This document shows, piece by piece, positions 34,104 through 44,956 of a stretch of 64,000 nt of DNA (position 1 is its first letter; each line of letters starts with the position of its first letter). The position numbers were made by a program, and so were the translations under genes. Under the pieces are notes generated by a model. That model saw only the letters and a list, made by a program, of their open reading frames with translations. It had not been told where the DNA came from and made no database searches. The DNA comes from Escherichia coli (GTDB taxonomy: Bacteria; Pseudomonadota; Gammaproteobacteria; Enterobacterales; Enterobacteriaceae). The stretch lies in assembly GCF_003334335.1 (NCBI RefSeq), contig NZ_QOWQ01000007.1. One strand, 5' to 3'.

Positions 34104-35582
34104 ATGAGCTTACGTGAAAAAACCATCAGCGGCGCGAAGTGGTCGGCGATTGCCACGGTGATCATCATCGGCCTCGGGCTGGTGCAGATGACCGTGCTGG
34201 CGCGGATTATCGACAACCACCAGTTCGGCCTGCTGACTGTGTCGCTGGTGATTATCGCGCTGGCAGATACGCTTTCTGACTTTGGTATCGCTAACTCGAT
34301 TATTCAGCGAAAAGAAATCAGTCACCTTGAACTCACCACGTTGTACTGGCTGAACGTCGGGCTGGGGATCGTGGTGTGCGTGGCGGTGTTTTTGTTGAGT
34401 GATCTCATCGGCGACGTGCTGAATAACCCGGACCTGGCACCGTTGATTAAAACATTGTCGCTGGCGTTTGTGGTGATCCCCCACGGGCAACAGTTCCGCG
34501 CGTTGATGCAGAAGGAGCTGGAGTTCAACAAAATCGGCATGATCGAAACCAGCGCGGTACTGGCGGGCTTCACTTTTACGGTGGTTAGCGCCCATTTCTG
34601 GCCGCTGGCGATGACCGCGATCCTCGGTTATCTGGTCAATAGTGCGGTAAGAACGCTGCTGTTTGGCTACTTTGGTCGCAAAATTTATCGCCCCGGTCTG
34701 CATTTCTCGCTGGCGTCGGTGGCACCGAACTTACGCTTTGGTGCCTGGCTGACGGCGGACAGCATCATCAACTATCTCAATACCAACCTTTCAACGCTGG
34801 TGCTGGCGCGTATTCTCGGCGCGGGCGTGGCAGGGGGATACAACCTGGCGTACAACGTGGCCGTTGTGCCACCGATGAAGCTGAACCCAATCATCACCCG
34901 CGTGTTGTTTCCGGCATTCGCCAAAATTCAGGACGATACCGAAAAGCTGCGCGTTAACTTCTACAAGCTGCTGTCGGTAGTGGGGATTATCAACTTTCCG
35001 GCGCTGCTGGGGCTGATGGTGGTGTCGAATAACTTTGTACCGCTGGTCTTTGGTGAGAAGTGGAACAGCATTATTCCGGTGCTGCAATTGCTGTGTGTGG
35101 TGGGTCTGCTGCGTTCCGTAGGTAACCCGATTGGTTCGCTGCTGATGGCGAAAGCGCGGGTCGATATCAGCTTTAAATTCAACGTATTCAAAACCTTTCT
35201 GTTTATTCCGGCGATTGTTATTGGTGGGCAGATGGCGGGCGCAATTGGCGTCACGCTCGGCTTCCTGTTGGTACAGATTATCAACACCATTCTGAGTTAC
35301 TTCGTGATGATTAAACCGGTTCTTGGTTCCAGTTATCGCCAGTACATCCTGAGTTTGTGGCTGCCGTTTTATCTCTCGTTGCCGACGCTGGTGGTCAGTT
35401 ATGCGCTGGGCATTGTGCTGAAAGGGCAACTGGCGCTGGGGATGCTGCTGGCGGTGCAAATAGCCGCGGGCGTGCTGGCGTTTGTGGTGATGATTGTGCT
35501 GTCGCGCCATCCGCTGGTGGTGGAAGTGAAGCGTCAGTTTTGTCGCAGCGAAAAAATGAAAATGCTTTTACGGGCGGGGTGA
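34104..35582 (+). CDS. wzxC: Colanic acid flippase WzxC
   Basis: 492-aa polytopic membrane protein (MOP/Wzx family). Confidence 0.92.
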   Translation: MSLREKTISGAKWSAIATVIIIGLGLVQMTVLARIIDNHQFGLLTVSLVIIALADTLSDFGIANSIIQRKEISHLELTTLYWLNVGLGIVVCVAVFLLSDLIGDVLNNPDLAPLIKTLSLAFVVIPHGQQFRALMQKELEFNKIGMIETSAVLAGFTFTVVSAHFWPLAMTAILGYLVNSAVRTLLFGYFGRKIYRPGLHFSLASVAPNLRFGAWLTADSIINYLNTNLSTLVLARILGAGVAGGYNLAYNVAVVPPMKLNPIITRVLFPAFAKIQDDTEKLRVNFYKLLSVVGIINFPALLGLMVVSNNFVPLVFGEKWNSIIPVLQLLCVVGLLRSVGNPIGSLLMAKARVDISFKFNVFKTFLFIPAIVIGGQMAGAIGVTLGFLLVQIINTILSYFVMIKPVLGSSYRQYILSLWLPFYLSLPTLVVSYALGIVLKGQLALGMLLAVQIAAGVLAFVVMIVLSRHPLVVEVKRQFCRSEKMKMLLRAG

Positions 35583-35610
35583 GTTGCTGTTTTCGGTTCC
35601 GACAACGGTT

Positions 35611-35796
35611 GCCGGATGCGGCGTAAAACGCCTTATCCATCCTACGGTTCCGTGCTCGGGACCTGTAGGCCTGATAAGACGCGTCAGCGTCGCATCAGGC
35701 ACTGAATGCCGGATGCGGCGTGAACGCCTTATCCGGCCTACGGTTCTGTGCTCGGGTCTTGTAGGCCTGATAAGACGCGTCAGCGTCGCATCAGGC
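35611..35796. repeat. Tandem BIME (two near-identical units of about 90 bp of paired REP palindromes) between wzxC and wcaK
   Basis: Unit 1 at 35611-35700 and unit 2 at 35709-35796 are almost identical ('gccggatgcggcgt.aacgccttatcc...gtaggcctgataagacgcgtcagcgtcgcatcaggc'). Confidence 0.85.
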
Positions 35797-35856
35797 AAAA
35801 AGCGGCAACGAACAAAACAAACACAGCCCACCTGGCATCAAATTTATGAGGAAAAA

Positions 35857-37137
35857 ATGAAATTACTTATTCTGGGCAACCACACTTGCGGCAATCGTGG
35901 CGACAGCGCCATCCTGCGCGGCTTACTTGATGCCATCAACATCCTCAATCCACACGCCGAAGTGGACGTGATGAGCCGCTATCCGGTCAGTTCTTCCTGG
36001 CTGCTCAACCGCCCGGTAATGGGCGATCCGCTGTTCCTGCAAATGAAACAACACAACAGCGCGGCGGGCGTTGTCGGGCGCGTTAAAAAAGTCCTCCGTC
36101 GCCGCTACCAGCATCAGGTATTGCTCTCACGCGTCACCGACACTGGCAAGCTGCGTAATATCGCCATCGCCCAGGGATTCACCGACTTCGTGCGCCTGCT
36201 GTCAGATTACGACGCCATTATTCAGGTCGGCGGATCGTTTTTTGTCGATCTCTACGGCGTGCCGCAGTTTGAACATGCACTTTGCACGTTTATGGCGAAA
36301 AAGCCGCTGTTTATGATTGGTCACAGCGTCGGTCCCTTCCAGGATGAGCAATTTAACCAACTGGCGAACTACGTTTTTGGTCACTGCGACGCGCTGATCC
36401 TGCGCGAATCGGTCAGCCTTGATCTGATGAAACGCAGCAATATCACTACCGCAAAAGTGGAACATGGCGTCGATACCGCGTGGCTGGTCGATCACCACAC
36501 AGAAGAATTCACCGCCAGCTATGCCGTTCAACATTGGCTGGACGTTGCCGCACAACAGAAAACGGTGGCAATTACCCTGCGCGAACTGGCACCGTTCGAC
36601 AAACGTCTCGGCACCACTCAACAAGCGTATGAAAAAGCCTTTGCCGGGGTGGTCAATCGCATTCTCGACGAAGGCTATCAGGTTATTGCGCTCTCCACCT
36701 GTACGGGCATCGACAGCTATAATAAAGACGACCGCATGGTGGCGCTCAATCTTCGCCAGCACATCAGCGATCCTGCCCGTTACCACGTGGTGATGGATGA
36801 ACTCAACGATCTGGAAATGGGCAAAATTCTCGGAGCCTGTCAACTCACCGTCGGTACGCGTCTGCACTCAGCCATTATCTCGATGAATTTCTCCACTCCG
36901 GCAATTGCCATCAACTACGAACATAAATCCGCCGGGATTATGCAGCAGCTGGGGCTGCCAGAGATGGCGATCGATATCCGTCATTTATTAGATGGCAGCC
37001 TGCAAGCGATGGTTGCGGATACCTTAGGCCAGCTTCCGGCGCTGAACGCACGACTTAGCGAAGCCGTCAGTCGCGAACGTCAGACGGGAATGCAGATGGT
37101 GCAATCTGTGCTTGAGCGCATCGGGGAGGTGAAATGA
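35857..37137 (+). CDS. wcaK: Colanic acid pyruvyl transferase WcaK
   Basis: Start at ATG 35857 (MKLLILGNHTCGNRGD...) giving 426 aa; the ORF track extends through the REP array and is not coding there. Confidence 0.9.
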   Translation: MKLLILGNHTCGNRGDSAILRGLLDAINILNPHAEVDVMSRYPVSSSWLLNRPVMGDPLFLQMKQHNSAAGVVGRVKKVLRRRYQHQVLLSRVTDTGKLRNIAIAQGFTDFVRLLSDYDAIIQVGGSFFVDLYGVPQFEHALCTFMAKKPLFMIGHSVGPFQDEQFNQLANYVFGHCDALILRESVSLDLMKRSNITTAKVEHGVDTAWLVDHHTEEFTASYAVQHWLDVAAQQKTVAITLRELAPFDKRLGTTQQAYEKAFAGVVNRILDEGYQVIALSTCTGIDSYNKDDRMVALNLRQHISDPARYHVVMDELNDLEMGKILGACQLTVGTRLHSAIISMNFSTPAIAINYEHKSAGIMQQLGLPEMAIDIRHLLDGSLQAMVADTLGQLPALNARLSEAVSRERQTGMQMVQSVLERIGEVK

Positions 37138-38354
37138 AGGTCGGTTTCTTCTTATTGAAATTTCCGCTGTCGTCAGAAACCTTCGTTCTTAACCAAATCA
37201 CTGCGTTTATTGATATGGGCTTTGAAGTGGAGATTGTCGCGTTGCAAAAAGGCGATACAGAGAACACCCACGCGGCTTGGACGAAATACAACCTTGCTGC
37301 CAGAACCCGCTGGTTACAGGACGAACCTACGGGCAAAGTGGCGAAACTGCGCCACCGCGCCAGCCAGACCTTACGCGGCATTCATCGTAAAAATACCTGG
37401 CAGGCGCTCAACCTCAAACGCTATGGTGCCGAGTCGCGGAACCTGATTTTGTCTGCTATTTGCGGCCAGGTCGCAACCCCGTTTCATGCCGATGTGTTCA
37501 TCGCTCATTTTGGACCTGCGGGGGTAACCGCAGCAAAACTACGGGAACTGGGTGTCATTCGCGGCAAAATTGCCACCATTTTCCACGGCATTGATATCTC
37601 CAGTCGGGAAGTGCTCAACCGCTACACCCCCGAATATCAACAACTGTTTCGCCGTGGCGACCTGATGCTACCGATAAGCGATCTGTGGGCCGGAAGGCTG
37701 CAAAAAATGGGCTGCCCGAGGGAAAAAATCGCCGTATCGCGTATGGGTGTGGACATGACGCGCTTTAGCCCGCGTCCGGTGAAAGCGCCTGCAACGCCGC
37801 TGGAAATCATTTCCGTCGCACGCTTAACCGAGAAAAAAGGCCTGCATGTGGCGATCGAAGCCTGCCGTCAGTTGAAAGAGCAGGGTGTGGCATTTCGCTA
37901 TCGCATCCTCGGCATTGGCCCGTGGGAACGACGCTTGCGCACGCTCATCGAACAATATCAACTGGAAGATGTGGTGGAGATGCCGGGCTTTAAACCGAGC
38001 CATGAAGTGAAGGCGATGCTCGACGACGCGGATGTCTTCCTCCTGCCATCGGTAACGGGCGCGGACGGTGATATGGAAGGTATTCCGGTGGCGCTGATGG
38101 AAGCGATGGCGGTCGGCATTCCGGTGGTTTCTACTCTGCATAGCGGAATACCAGAGCTGGTCGAGGCCGATAAATCCGGCTGGCTGGTGCCTGAGAACGA
38201 TGCTCGCGCACTGGCGCAACGACTGGCGGCGTTTAGCCAACTGGACACTGACGAACTGGCTCCGGTTATCAAACGTGCTCGCGAAAAAGTCGAACACGAT
38301 TTTAACCAGCAGGTGATCAATCGAGAACTCGCCAGCTTGCTGCAAGCTTTATAG
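37134..38354 (+). CDS. wcaL: Colanic acid glycosyltransferase WcaL (GT-B)
   Basis: 406 aa; overlaps wcaK stop (ATGA). Confidence 0.9.
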   Translation: MKVGFFLLKFPLSSETFVLNQITAFIDMGFEVEIVALQKGDTENTHAAWTKYNLAARTRWLQDEPTGKVAKLRHRASQTLRGIHRKNTWQALNLKRYGAESRNLILSAICGQVATPFHADVFIAHFGPAGVTAAKLRELGVIRGKIATIFHGIDISSREVLNRYTPEYQQLFRRGDLMLPISDLWAGRLQKMGCPREKIAVSRMGVDMTRFSPRPVKAPATPLEIISVARLTEKKGLHVAIEACRQLKEQGVAFRYRILGIGPWERRLRTLIEQYQLEDVVEMPGFKPSHEVKAMLDDADVFLLPSVTGADGDMEGIPVALMEAMAVGIPVVSTLHSGIPELVEADKSGWLVPENDARALAQRLAAFSQLDTDELAPVIKRAREKVEHDFNQQVINRELASLLQAL

Positions 38355-38364
38355 AGGAGAACGC

Positions 38365-39759
38365 ATGCCATTTAAAACACTCTCCCGACGCACCTTCCTG
38401 ACGGCAAGCTCGGCGCTTGCCTTCCTCCATACCCCTTTCGCTCGCGCACTTCCCGCCCGACAAAGCGTTAACATTAACGACTACAACCCACACGACTGGA
38501 TCGCCTCATTTAAACAAGCCTTCAGCGAAGGGCGAACGGTCGTCGTGCCTGCCGGATTGGTTTGTGACAATATCAACACCGGCATCTTCATTCCTCCCGG
38601 CAAAACGTTACACATCCTTGGAAGCCTGCGCGGCAATGGCAGAGGGCGATTTGTCTTACAGGACGGCAGCCAGGTGACAGGGGAGGAGGGCGGCAGTATG
38701 CATAACATCACCCTGGATGTGCGTGGCTCTGACTGCACCATCAAAGGGCTGACGATGAGCGGCTTTGGTCCGGTAACGCAGATTTATATCGGCGGCAAAA
38801 ACAAACGAGTAATGCGTAACCTCTCCATCGATAACCTGACCGTTAGCCACGCTAATTACGCCATCTTACGCCAGGGATTTCATAACCAGATTATCGGTGC
38901 CAACATCACCAACTGTAAATTTAGTGATTTACAGGGCGACGCCATTGAATGGAACGTGGCGATTAACGACCGTGATATTTTGATATCTGACCATGTCATC
39001 GAGCGCATCAACTGTACCAACGGCAAAATCAACTGGGGTATCGGCATAGGCCTTGCGGGAAGTACCTACGATAATAACTACCCGGAAGACCAGGCAGTGA
39101 AAAACTTTGTCGTGGCGAATATCACGGGATCGGATTGTCGGCAGTTGATCCATGTTGAAAATGGTAAACATTTTGTTATTCGTAATATCAAAGCCCGCAA
39201 TATCACGCCGGATTTCAGTAAGAAAGCGGGCATTGATAACGCCACGGTCGCTATTTACGGTTGTGACAATTTCGTGATTGATAATATTGAAATGATTAAT
39301 AGCGCCGGGATGTTAATCGGGTATGGAGTAATTACAGGCAAATATCTCTCGATACCGCAAAATTTCCGAGTGAATAATATTCAACTGGATAATACCCACC
39401 TTGCTTACAAATTGCGCGGTATCCAAATCTCTGCCGGGAATGCCGTCTCCTTTGTGGCACTGACTAACATTGAGGTGAAGCGTGCGTCGCTGGAGTTACA
39501 CAACAAACCGCAACATCTTTTTATGCGTAATATCAAAGTGATGCAGGAATCCTCTGTTGGACCCGCATTGAGCATGAACTTTGACATGCGCAAAGACGTT
39601 CGCGGCGTCTTTATGGCGAAAAAAGAAACCCTGCTATCTCTTGCAAATGTTCATGCGGTGAATGAGAAAGGACAAAGCTCCGTCGATATCGATAGGGTTA
39701 ATCACCATATTGTTAATGTGGAAAAGATTAACTTTAGATTGCCGGAACGGAGAGAGTAG
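38365..39759 (+). CDS. wcaM: Colanic acid biosynthesis protein WcaM (Tat-like signal, beta-helix)
   Basis: 464 aa; N-terminal '[15 protein letters not shown]' twin-arginine-like signal. Confidence 0.88.
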   Translation: MPFKTLSRRTFLTASSALAFLHTPFARALPARQSVNINDYNPHDWIASFKQAFSEGRTVVVPAGLVCDNINTGIFIPPGKTLHILGSLRGNGRGRFVLQDGSQVTGEEGGSMHNITLDVRGSDCTIKGLTMSGFGPVTQIYIGGKNKRVMRNLSIDNLTVSHANYAILRQGFHNQIIGANITNCKFSDLQGDAIEWNVAINDRDILISDHVIERINCTNGKINWGIGIGLAGSTYDNNYPEDQAVKNFVVANITGSDCRQLIHVENGKHFVIRNIKARNITPDFSKKAGIDNATVAIYGCDNFVIDNIEMINSAGMLIGYGVITGKYLSIPQNFRVNNIQLDNTHLAYKLRGIQISAGNAVSFVALTNIEVKRASLELHNKPQHLFMRNIKVMQESSVGPALSMNFDMRKDVRGVFMAKKETLLSLANVHAVNEKGQSSVDIDRVNHHIVNVEKINFRLPERRE

Positions 39760-39933
39760 ATTTGCGACCATTCCTGGAAAAATGGAGCCATACTTAGGAA
39801 CAATGCTACTGCAATCCACAACGAAGCGGCGTAACATCACAAGTAATTCAGTAATCAATTCAGGGTAATTGATGCTGGCGAAAAAAATCGAACAAGCTAT
39901 AATTCAGCAACCATTTTACAGGTGGATGAAATA

Positions 39934-40827
39934 ATGACGAATTTAAAAGCAGTTATTCCTGTAGCGGGTCTTGGGATGCATATGTTGCCTGCCACTAAGG
40001 CGATTCCCAAAGAGATGCTACCGATCGTCGACAAGCCAATGATTCAGTACATTGTTGACGAGATTGTGGCTGCAGGGATCAAAGAAATCCTCCTGGTAAC
40101 TCACGCGTCCAAGAACGCGGTCGAAAACCACTTCGACACCTCTTATGAATTAGAATCTCTTCTTGAACTGCGCGTGAAGCGTCAGCTGCTGGCGGAAGTG
40201 CAGTCCATCTGTCCGCCGGGCGTGACCATTATGAACGTGCGTCAGGGCGAACCTTTAGGTTTAGGTCACTCCATTTTGTGTGCGCGGCCTGCCATTGGTG
40301 ACAATCCATTTGTCGTGGTGCTGCCAGACGTTGTGATCGACGACGCCAGCGCCGACCCGCTGCGCTACAACCTTGCTGCCATGATTGCACGATTCAACGA
40401 AACGGGTCGTAGCCAGGTGCTGGCAAAACGTATGCCGGGTGACCTCTCTGAATACTCGGTCATCCAGACCAAAGAACCACTGGACCGTGAAGGTAAAGTC
40501 AGCCGCATTGTTGAATTTATCGAAAAACCGGATCAGCCGCAGACGTTGGACTCAGACATCATGGCCGTTGGTCGCTATGTGCTTTCTGCCGATATTTGGC
40601 CGGAACTTGAACGCACTCAGCCTGGTGCATGGGGGCGTATTCAGCTGACTGATGCCATCGCTGAACTGGCGAAAAAACAGTCCGTTGATGCCATGCTGAT
40701 GACAGGTGACAGCTACGACTGCGGTAAAAAAATGGGCTATATGCAGGCGTTCGTGAAGTATGGGCTGCGCAACCTCAAAGAAGGGGCGAAGTTCCGTAAA
40801 GGCATTGAGAAGCTGTTAAGCGAATAA
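39934..40827 (+). CDS. galF: UTP-glucose-1-phosphate uridylyltransferase paralog GalF
   Basis: Start at ATG 39934 ([14 protein letters not shown]...) giving 297 aa. Confidence 0.93.
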   Translation: MTNLKAVIPVAGLGMHMLPATKAIPKEMLPIVDKPMIQYIVDEIVAAGIKEILLVTHASKNAVENHFDTSYELESLLELRVKRQLLAEVQSICPPGVTIMNVRQGEPLGLGHSILCARPAIGDNPFVVVLPDVVIDDASADPLRYNLAAMIARFNETGRSQVLAKRMPGDLSEYSVIQTKEPLDREGKVSRIVEFIEKPDQPQTLDSDIMAVGRYVLSADIWPELERTQPGAWGRIQLTDAIAELAKKQSVDAMLMTGDSYDCGKKMGYMQAFVKYGLRNLKEGAKFRKGIEKLLSE

Positions 40828-41085
40828 TGAAAATCTGACCGGATGTAACGGTTGATAAGAAAATTATAACGGCGGTGAAGATTCGTGGCGAAAGTAATTT
40901 GTTGCGAATATTCCTGCCGTTGTTTTATATAAATAATCAGAATAACAACGAGTTAGCAATAGGATTTTAGTCAAAGTTTTCCAGGATTTTCCTTGTTTCC
41001 AGAGCGGATTGGTAAGACAATTAGCGTTTGAATTTTTCGGGTTTAGCGCGAGTGGGTAACGCTCGTCACATCGTAGGCATGCATG

Positions 41086-41124
41086 CAGTGCTCTGGTAGC
41101 TGTAAAGCCAGGGGCGGTAGCGTG
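41086..41124 (+). promoter_or_regulatory. JUMPstart element with ops site (GGCGGTAGCGTG at 41113-41124) upstream of the O-antigen cluster
   Basis: 39-bp 'cagtgctctggtagctgtaaagccaggggcggtagcgtg'. Confidence 0.88.
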
Positions 41125-41346
41125 TCCAGTTTTAATAAAAAACGGCAGATAATTATCGGTTATATAGTCAAAACAATAAAAGATATTTATTAAATATTAA
41201 CGGGGTTGGCTTTAGTGATAAAGTGAGGAAGAACTCAGAAAATGAGAGCATATATTAGAAGTTAGCAGTTTACTCAAATTTTAAACATTTATGTTAACAT
41301 ATGTTTCTGATGAAAATTGTGAGTTTGAATCAATTGCAAAATTATC

Positions 41347-42714
41347 ATGCTATCAAAGGACCATAATTTGTCACATATAAATGACCCTAATAAGTTCTGG
41401 CTTAAGTTAATCCCCCCTCAAATTTTATCAAAAATATCCAATTATAATGGATTATTGGCTGCTATCAATAATAGTGGATGGCTTATCTTTGATAAATTAA
41501 TTCGACTGGCTCTTGGGTTTATTGTTAGTGCATGGATTGCGCGATATCTTGGGCCGAATGATTTTGGTATACTAGCATATGTTCTTGCATATTTGGCCTT
41601 TTTTCAAACTATATCTGTTTTAGGTATGGATGGAATCATTGTTAGGGATATAGCGAGAGATAAAGATAAAGCCGGTGAAGTATTAGGAACTGCATTTATA
41701 TTAAGATTAACAGTTGGTTTTATTTGTTGGATATTTTCAATCATTGGGATGATTATATTTAATGGAATCCATGATGAGGTTGTGTATATTACGGCAATTA
41801 CAGGAGGTCTATTATTATTCCAATCCGTCGATACAGTAGATCTTTGGTTTCAGAGTCAAAGTGAAAGCCGGAGGACTGTTATTGCGAAATTGACAGCTTA
41901 CTTATTATCTAGCAGTGTAAAAATAATATTGATATTAAATGAAGCACCATTAATAGCATTCGCAACAATAATGTTATTTGAAACTGTGGTTTCAGCTGTA
42001 GCATTAGTTATTGCTTATAGAAAATATCCTTGTTATCAATCTTGGGTATTCTTAAAACAACGAGCATATAAAATTATTAATGAGTCCTGGCCCTTTATCT
42101 TAAGTGGCCTTTCAATCTCAATATATATGAGAATAGATCAAATCATGATCAAGGAGTTTATGGGGGATTCTGAACTGGGAATATATGCTGCAGTACTACC
42201 TTTTGCAACACTATGGTCGTTTATTCCAATGACACTATCAATAAGCTTGGCACCTTTTGTTGCAAAAACAAAACAAAAAGGGGAAAGAGAATATTGGACC
42301 TGTTTATATACAATCTTTAGAGTGTTTGCAATTATTGCTTGGTTTGTGGCAATACCTATATCACTAATGTCGAATCATATCGTTTCAATACTTTTAGGTG
42401 CTAAATATGAAGCTGGATCTGTGGTTTTATCTATAATGGCATTTGTAAATATTTTTATAAACATGGGCATAGCACAAAGTTTATGGATATTAAATGAAGG
42501 TAAATCTAAAGTTAGCTTGTATAAAACGATGATAGGTGCAGTTGTATGTGTTGCTGCTAACCTTATTTTGATTCCGAAATATGGGCTTATAGGGGCTTCT
42601 GTAAGCGCGTTATTGGCACAATTTACATCATGCATACTAAGCAATTTTCTCATATGCAAAAAAATATTTTATCTACAAGTTAGAAGTTTGTTTTTTATCA
42701 AGATGAAATTTTGA
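41347..42714 (+). CDS. wzx: O-antigen flippase Wzx (MOP family)
   Basis: 455-aa AT-rich polytopic membrane protein; 'GWLIFDKLIRLALGFIVSAWIARYLGPNDFGI' typical of Wzx N-termini; first gene after JUMPstart; start codon uncertain. Confidence 0.75.
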   Translation: MLSKDHNLSHINDPNKFWLKLIPPQILSKISNYNGLLAAINNSGWLIFDKLIRLALGFIVSAWIARYLGPNDFGILAYVLAYLAFFQTISVLGMDGIIVRDIARDKDKAGEVLGTAFILRLTVGFICWIFSIIGMIIFNGIHDEVVYITAITGGLLLFQSVDTVDLWFQSQSESRRTVIAKLTAYLLSSSVKIILILNEAPLIAFATIMLFETVVSAVALVIAYRKYPCYQSWVFLKQRAYKIINESWPFILSGLSISIYMRIDQIMIKEFMGDSELGIYAAVLPFATLWSFIPMTLSISLAPFVAKTKQKGEREYWTCLYTIFRVFAIIAWFVAIPISLMSNHIVSILLGAKYEAGSVVLSIMAFVNIFINMGIAQSLWILNEGKSKVSLYKTMIGAVVCVAANLILIPKYGLIGASVSALLAQFTSCILSNFLICKKIFYLQVRSLFFIKMKF

Positions 42715-42802
42715 TTAGTGAATAAGATATAGCGTTGCATATTTGTAATGAAATATAAATTAGATTAATCAGTAATATTGTTTTCAAAATAGGGATAATG
42801 CT

Positions 42803-44023
42803 TTGAATATAGTACTTTCGCTACTACTGCTTCTGATAGGGGGGATATCGATTATATGTGCAATAAATAAAAAGCGACCTATGCTTTTAATTCTTGCAGC
42901 CTTCTTTACAGTATATTTGGCGCTACGCCCCGTATTGCTTTCATTGGGCTTATATAATATTTATGCTTACCTCAACCCATCTGTTATCGATTATGACGAA
43001 AGCGCGCTTACGCATTGTATTATATTCACCCTAATATCATATGTATTGTTATTATTTACTTATCATAAAACAAAAAAAAGAATAAAGATTGATAAATCAA
43101 GCAATAATGACGATCAGAGAGAAAGTAATAGTAATTATAATTTTGTTGCATTTATAATTGCTCTATTACTAATCTTTTCAGTTATATTGATACCAATGTA
43201 TGTTTGTTTTGTTTATTTACTGCTGTTGATCTTGTATTATATTATCAAGTATAAAGGAGATGGGCGTAAGCTTAATGTTGTATTATCGGCTCTTTATTAT
43301 ATCTTATTAATTTTATTGCTTTTTTTTATTTCAGATGATCGTCGTGATTGGTTAGTGGCTATAGGTGTTCCTTTATATATATACATATTTGTATACTTAA
43401 AAAGCCTTATTAAGATTTTAATACCCTCAATAGTTTGCCTGCTACTTCTGGTATATATAAGTGTAGCATTCAGGAGCGGAGGTGATATATTTGATTATGA
43501 TGCTGTTAAAAATAGAGCTGAATCAGTAAGTGCAACTCTTACAGTACTTGAAGTAGAAACTGATTTTAGTATTGTATTTGATGATTATTTACTTTTATTT
43601 GACAAAAGATACTCAAGTATTGATTTTTTATACGGGGTGACAATTTTAAAACCTGTCATCTCGATTATCCCAAGAAGTATATTTCCCGACAAGCCAGAAA
43701 CATCTAGTCGACTTTTCCCAAAATATTTTAATAAACAGTTTTATAATGTTGGTGGTAGTGAACCTGTAACATTATTTGGGGAACTATATTGGAATTTTTC
43801 GTATTTGTCTCTCATTGTTTTTATGTTGTTGGGTAATATTATTGCTCTGATTGATAATACATATTTACATAATAGATCTAATTACTTATTCTCAGCATTG
43901 GTATTATCATTAAGCTTAACTGGTTTCCATCTTCTAAGAGGGCCGATTGATTCTTTTTGTTATCTGTATTTATGGTTGATATTGGCTTATCAATTATTGA
44001 ATGTCGTTAAAAAAATTAAATAG
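42803..44023 (+). CDS. wzy: Putative O-antigen polymerase Wzy
   Basis: 406-aa very hydrophobic, AT-rich ORF with apparent TTG start; about 10 predicted TM segments and one larger loop; assignment by position and topology only. Confidence 0.6.
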   Translation: MNIVLSLLLLLIGGISIICAINKKRPMLLILAAFFTVYLALRPVLLSLGLYNIYAYLNPSVIDYDESALTHCIIFTLISYVLLLFTYHKTKKRIKIDKSSNNDDQRESNSNYNFVAFIIALLLIFSVILIPMYVCFVYLLLLILYYIIKYKGDGRKLNVVLSALYYILLILLLFFISDDRRDWLVAIGVPLYIYIFVYLKSLIKILIPSIVCLLLLVYISVAFRSGGDIFDYDAVKNRAESVSATLTVLEVETDFSIVFDDYLLLFDKRYSSIDFLYGVTILKPVISIIPRSIFPDKPETSSRLFPKYFNKQFYNVGGSEPVTLFGELYWNFSYLSLIVFMLLGNIIALIDNTYLHNRSNYLFSALVLSLSLTGFHLLRGPIDSFCYLYLWLILAYQLLNVVKKIK

Positions 44024-44032
44024 GATATTAAG

Positions 44033-44956
44033 ATGAGTAGCAATCTTGCACCAATATGTTTATTTGTGTATAACAGATATGAGCATACAGTACGAACTGT
44101 TGAGGCTTTGAAAAAAAACACACTTGCATCAAAGTCTGAACTTTATATATTTAGTGATGCGTCCAAAGATTCAAAATCTGTAGTTCAGGTACAAAAAGTT
44201 AGAGAGTATGTTGATACAATAAAAGGTTTTAAGAAAATAACAATAATTAAAGCACCAAAAAACATGGGGTTGGCGGAATCAATTATTAGCGGGGTGTCAT
44301 CTGTTATAAAAAAATATGGGCGTGTAATTGTATTTGAAGATGATCTAGTCTCAAGTCCACTGACTCTAGAATACCTCAATATAATGTTAGATAACTATAA
44401 GAATCAAGAAGACGTTATGTCGGTTACTAGCTACTCGTATCCTGAAAAAACATTAGAAATAGATAAATTTTACAATTTCGATAATTATTTTACGGGGAGA
44501 CCATGTTCATGGGGATGGGCAACATGGCAAGATAGGTGGGAGTCTATTCAATGGGAGGGTGATATATATAGAGATTATTTAAAAAACGAAAGCATGCAGA
44601 AGCAATTCATGAAATATTCAGGTGTCGATATTGACCGAATGCTTAAAAAACAATTGGCAGGGCATATTGATTCGTGGGCAGTAAGATTTGTCTTTAATTG
44701 TTTTTTACAGAAAAAATTAGCTTCATACCCGACTAAATCGTATATTACAAATATCGGTTCTGATGGGACAGGTACGCATCGGGGAGTTAATGAAGAATAT
44801 ATAGTGAATTACTCCTTAAATATTAATCTGCCAACAAATTTGCTAAATGATCTATATGTAGATAAGGATATTTGGAAGCAGTTTAATTTATTTGTTAGGA
44901 AAAAATATTTTTTTCGGAGGGCTTTACTGTTTATAAGAAGGAAATTTTATGCTTAA
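44033..44956 (+). CDS. Putative glycosyltransferase (GT-A-like; candidate DXD 'FEDD')
   Basis: 307 aa; 'ICLFVYNRYEHTVRTVEAL...IFSDAS...VFEDDLV' resembles GT-A signatures; family not determinable without search. Confidence 0.55.
   Translation: MSSNLAPICLFVYNRYEHTVRTVEALKKNTLASKSELYIFSDASKDSKSVVQVQKVREYVDTIKGFKKITIIKAPKNMGLAESIISGVSSVIKKYGRVIVFEDDLVSSPLTLEYLNIMLDNYKNQEDVMSVTSYSYPEKTLEIDKFYNFDNYFTGRPCSWGWATWQDRWESIQWEGDIYRDYLKNESMQKQFMKYSGVDIDRMLKKQLAGHIDSWAVRFVFNCFLQKKLASYPTKSYITNIGSDGTGTHRGVNEEYIVNYSLNINLPTNLLNDLYVDKDIWKQFNLFVRKKYFFRRALLFIRRKFYA

Noticed and set aside
35568-35856. ORFs across the wzxC-wcaK spacer (35568-35831 minus strand; 5' extension of wcaK from 35584)
   Set aside because: The region is a tandem REP/BIME array; translations are repeat-derived, and wcaK has a start at 35857 giving the expected length.
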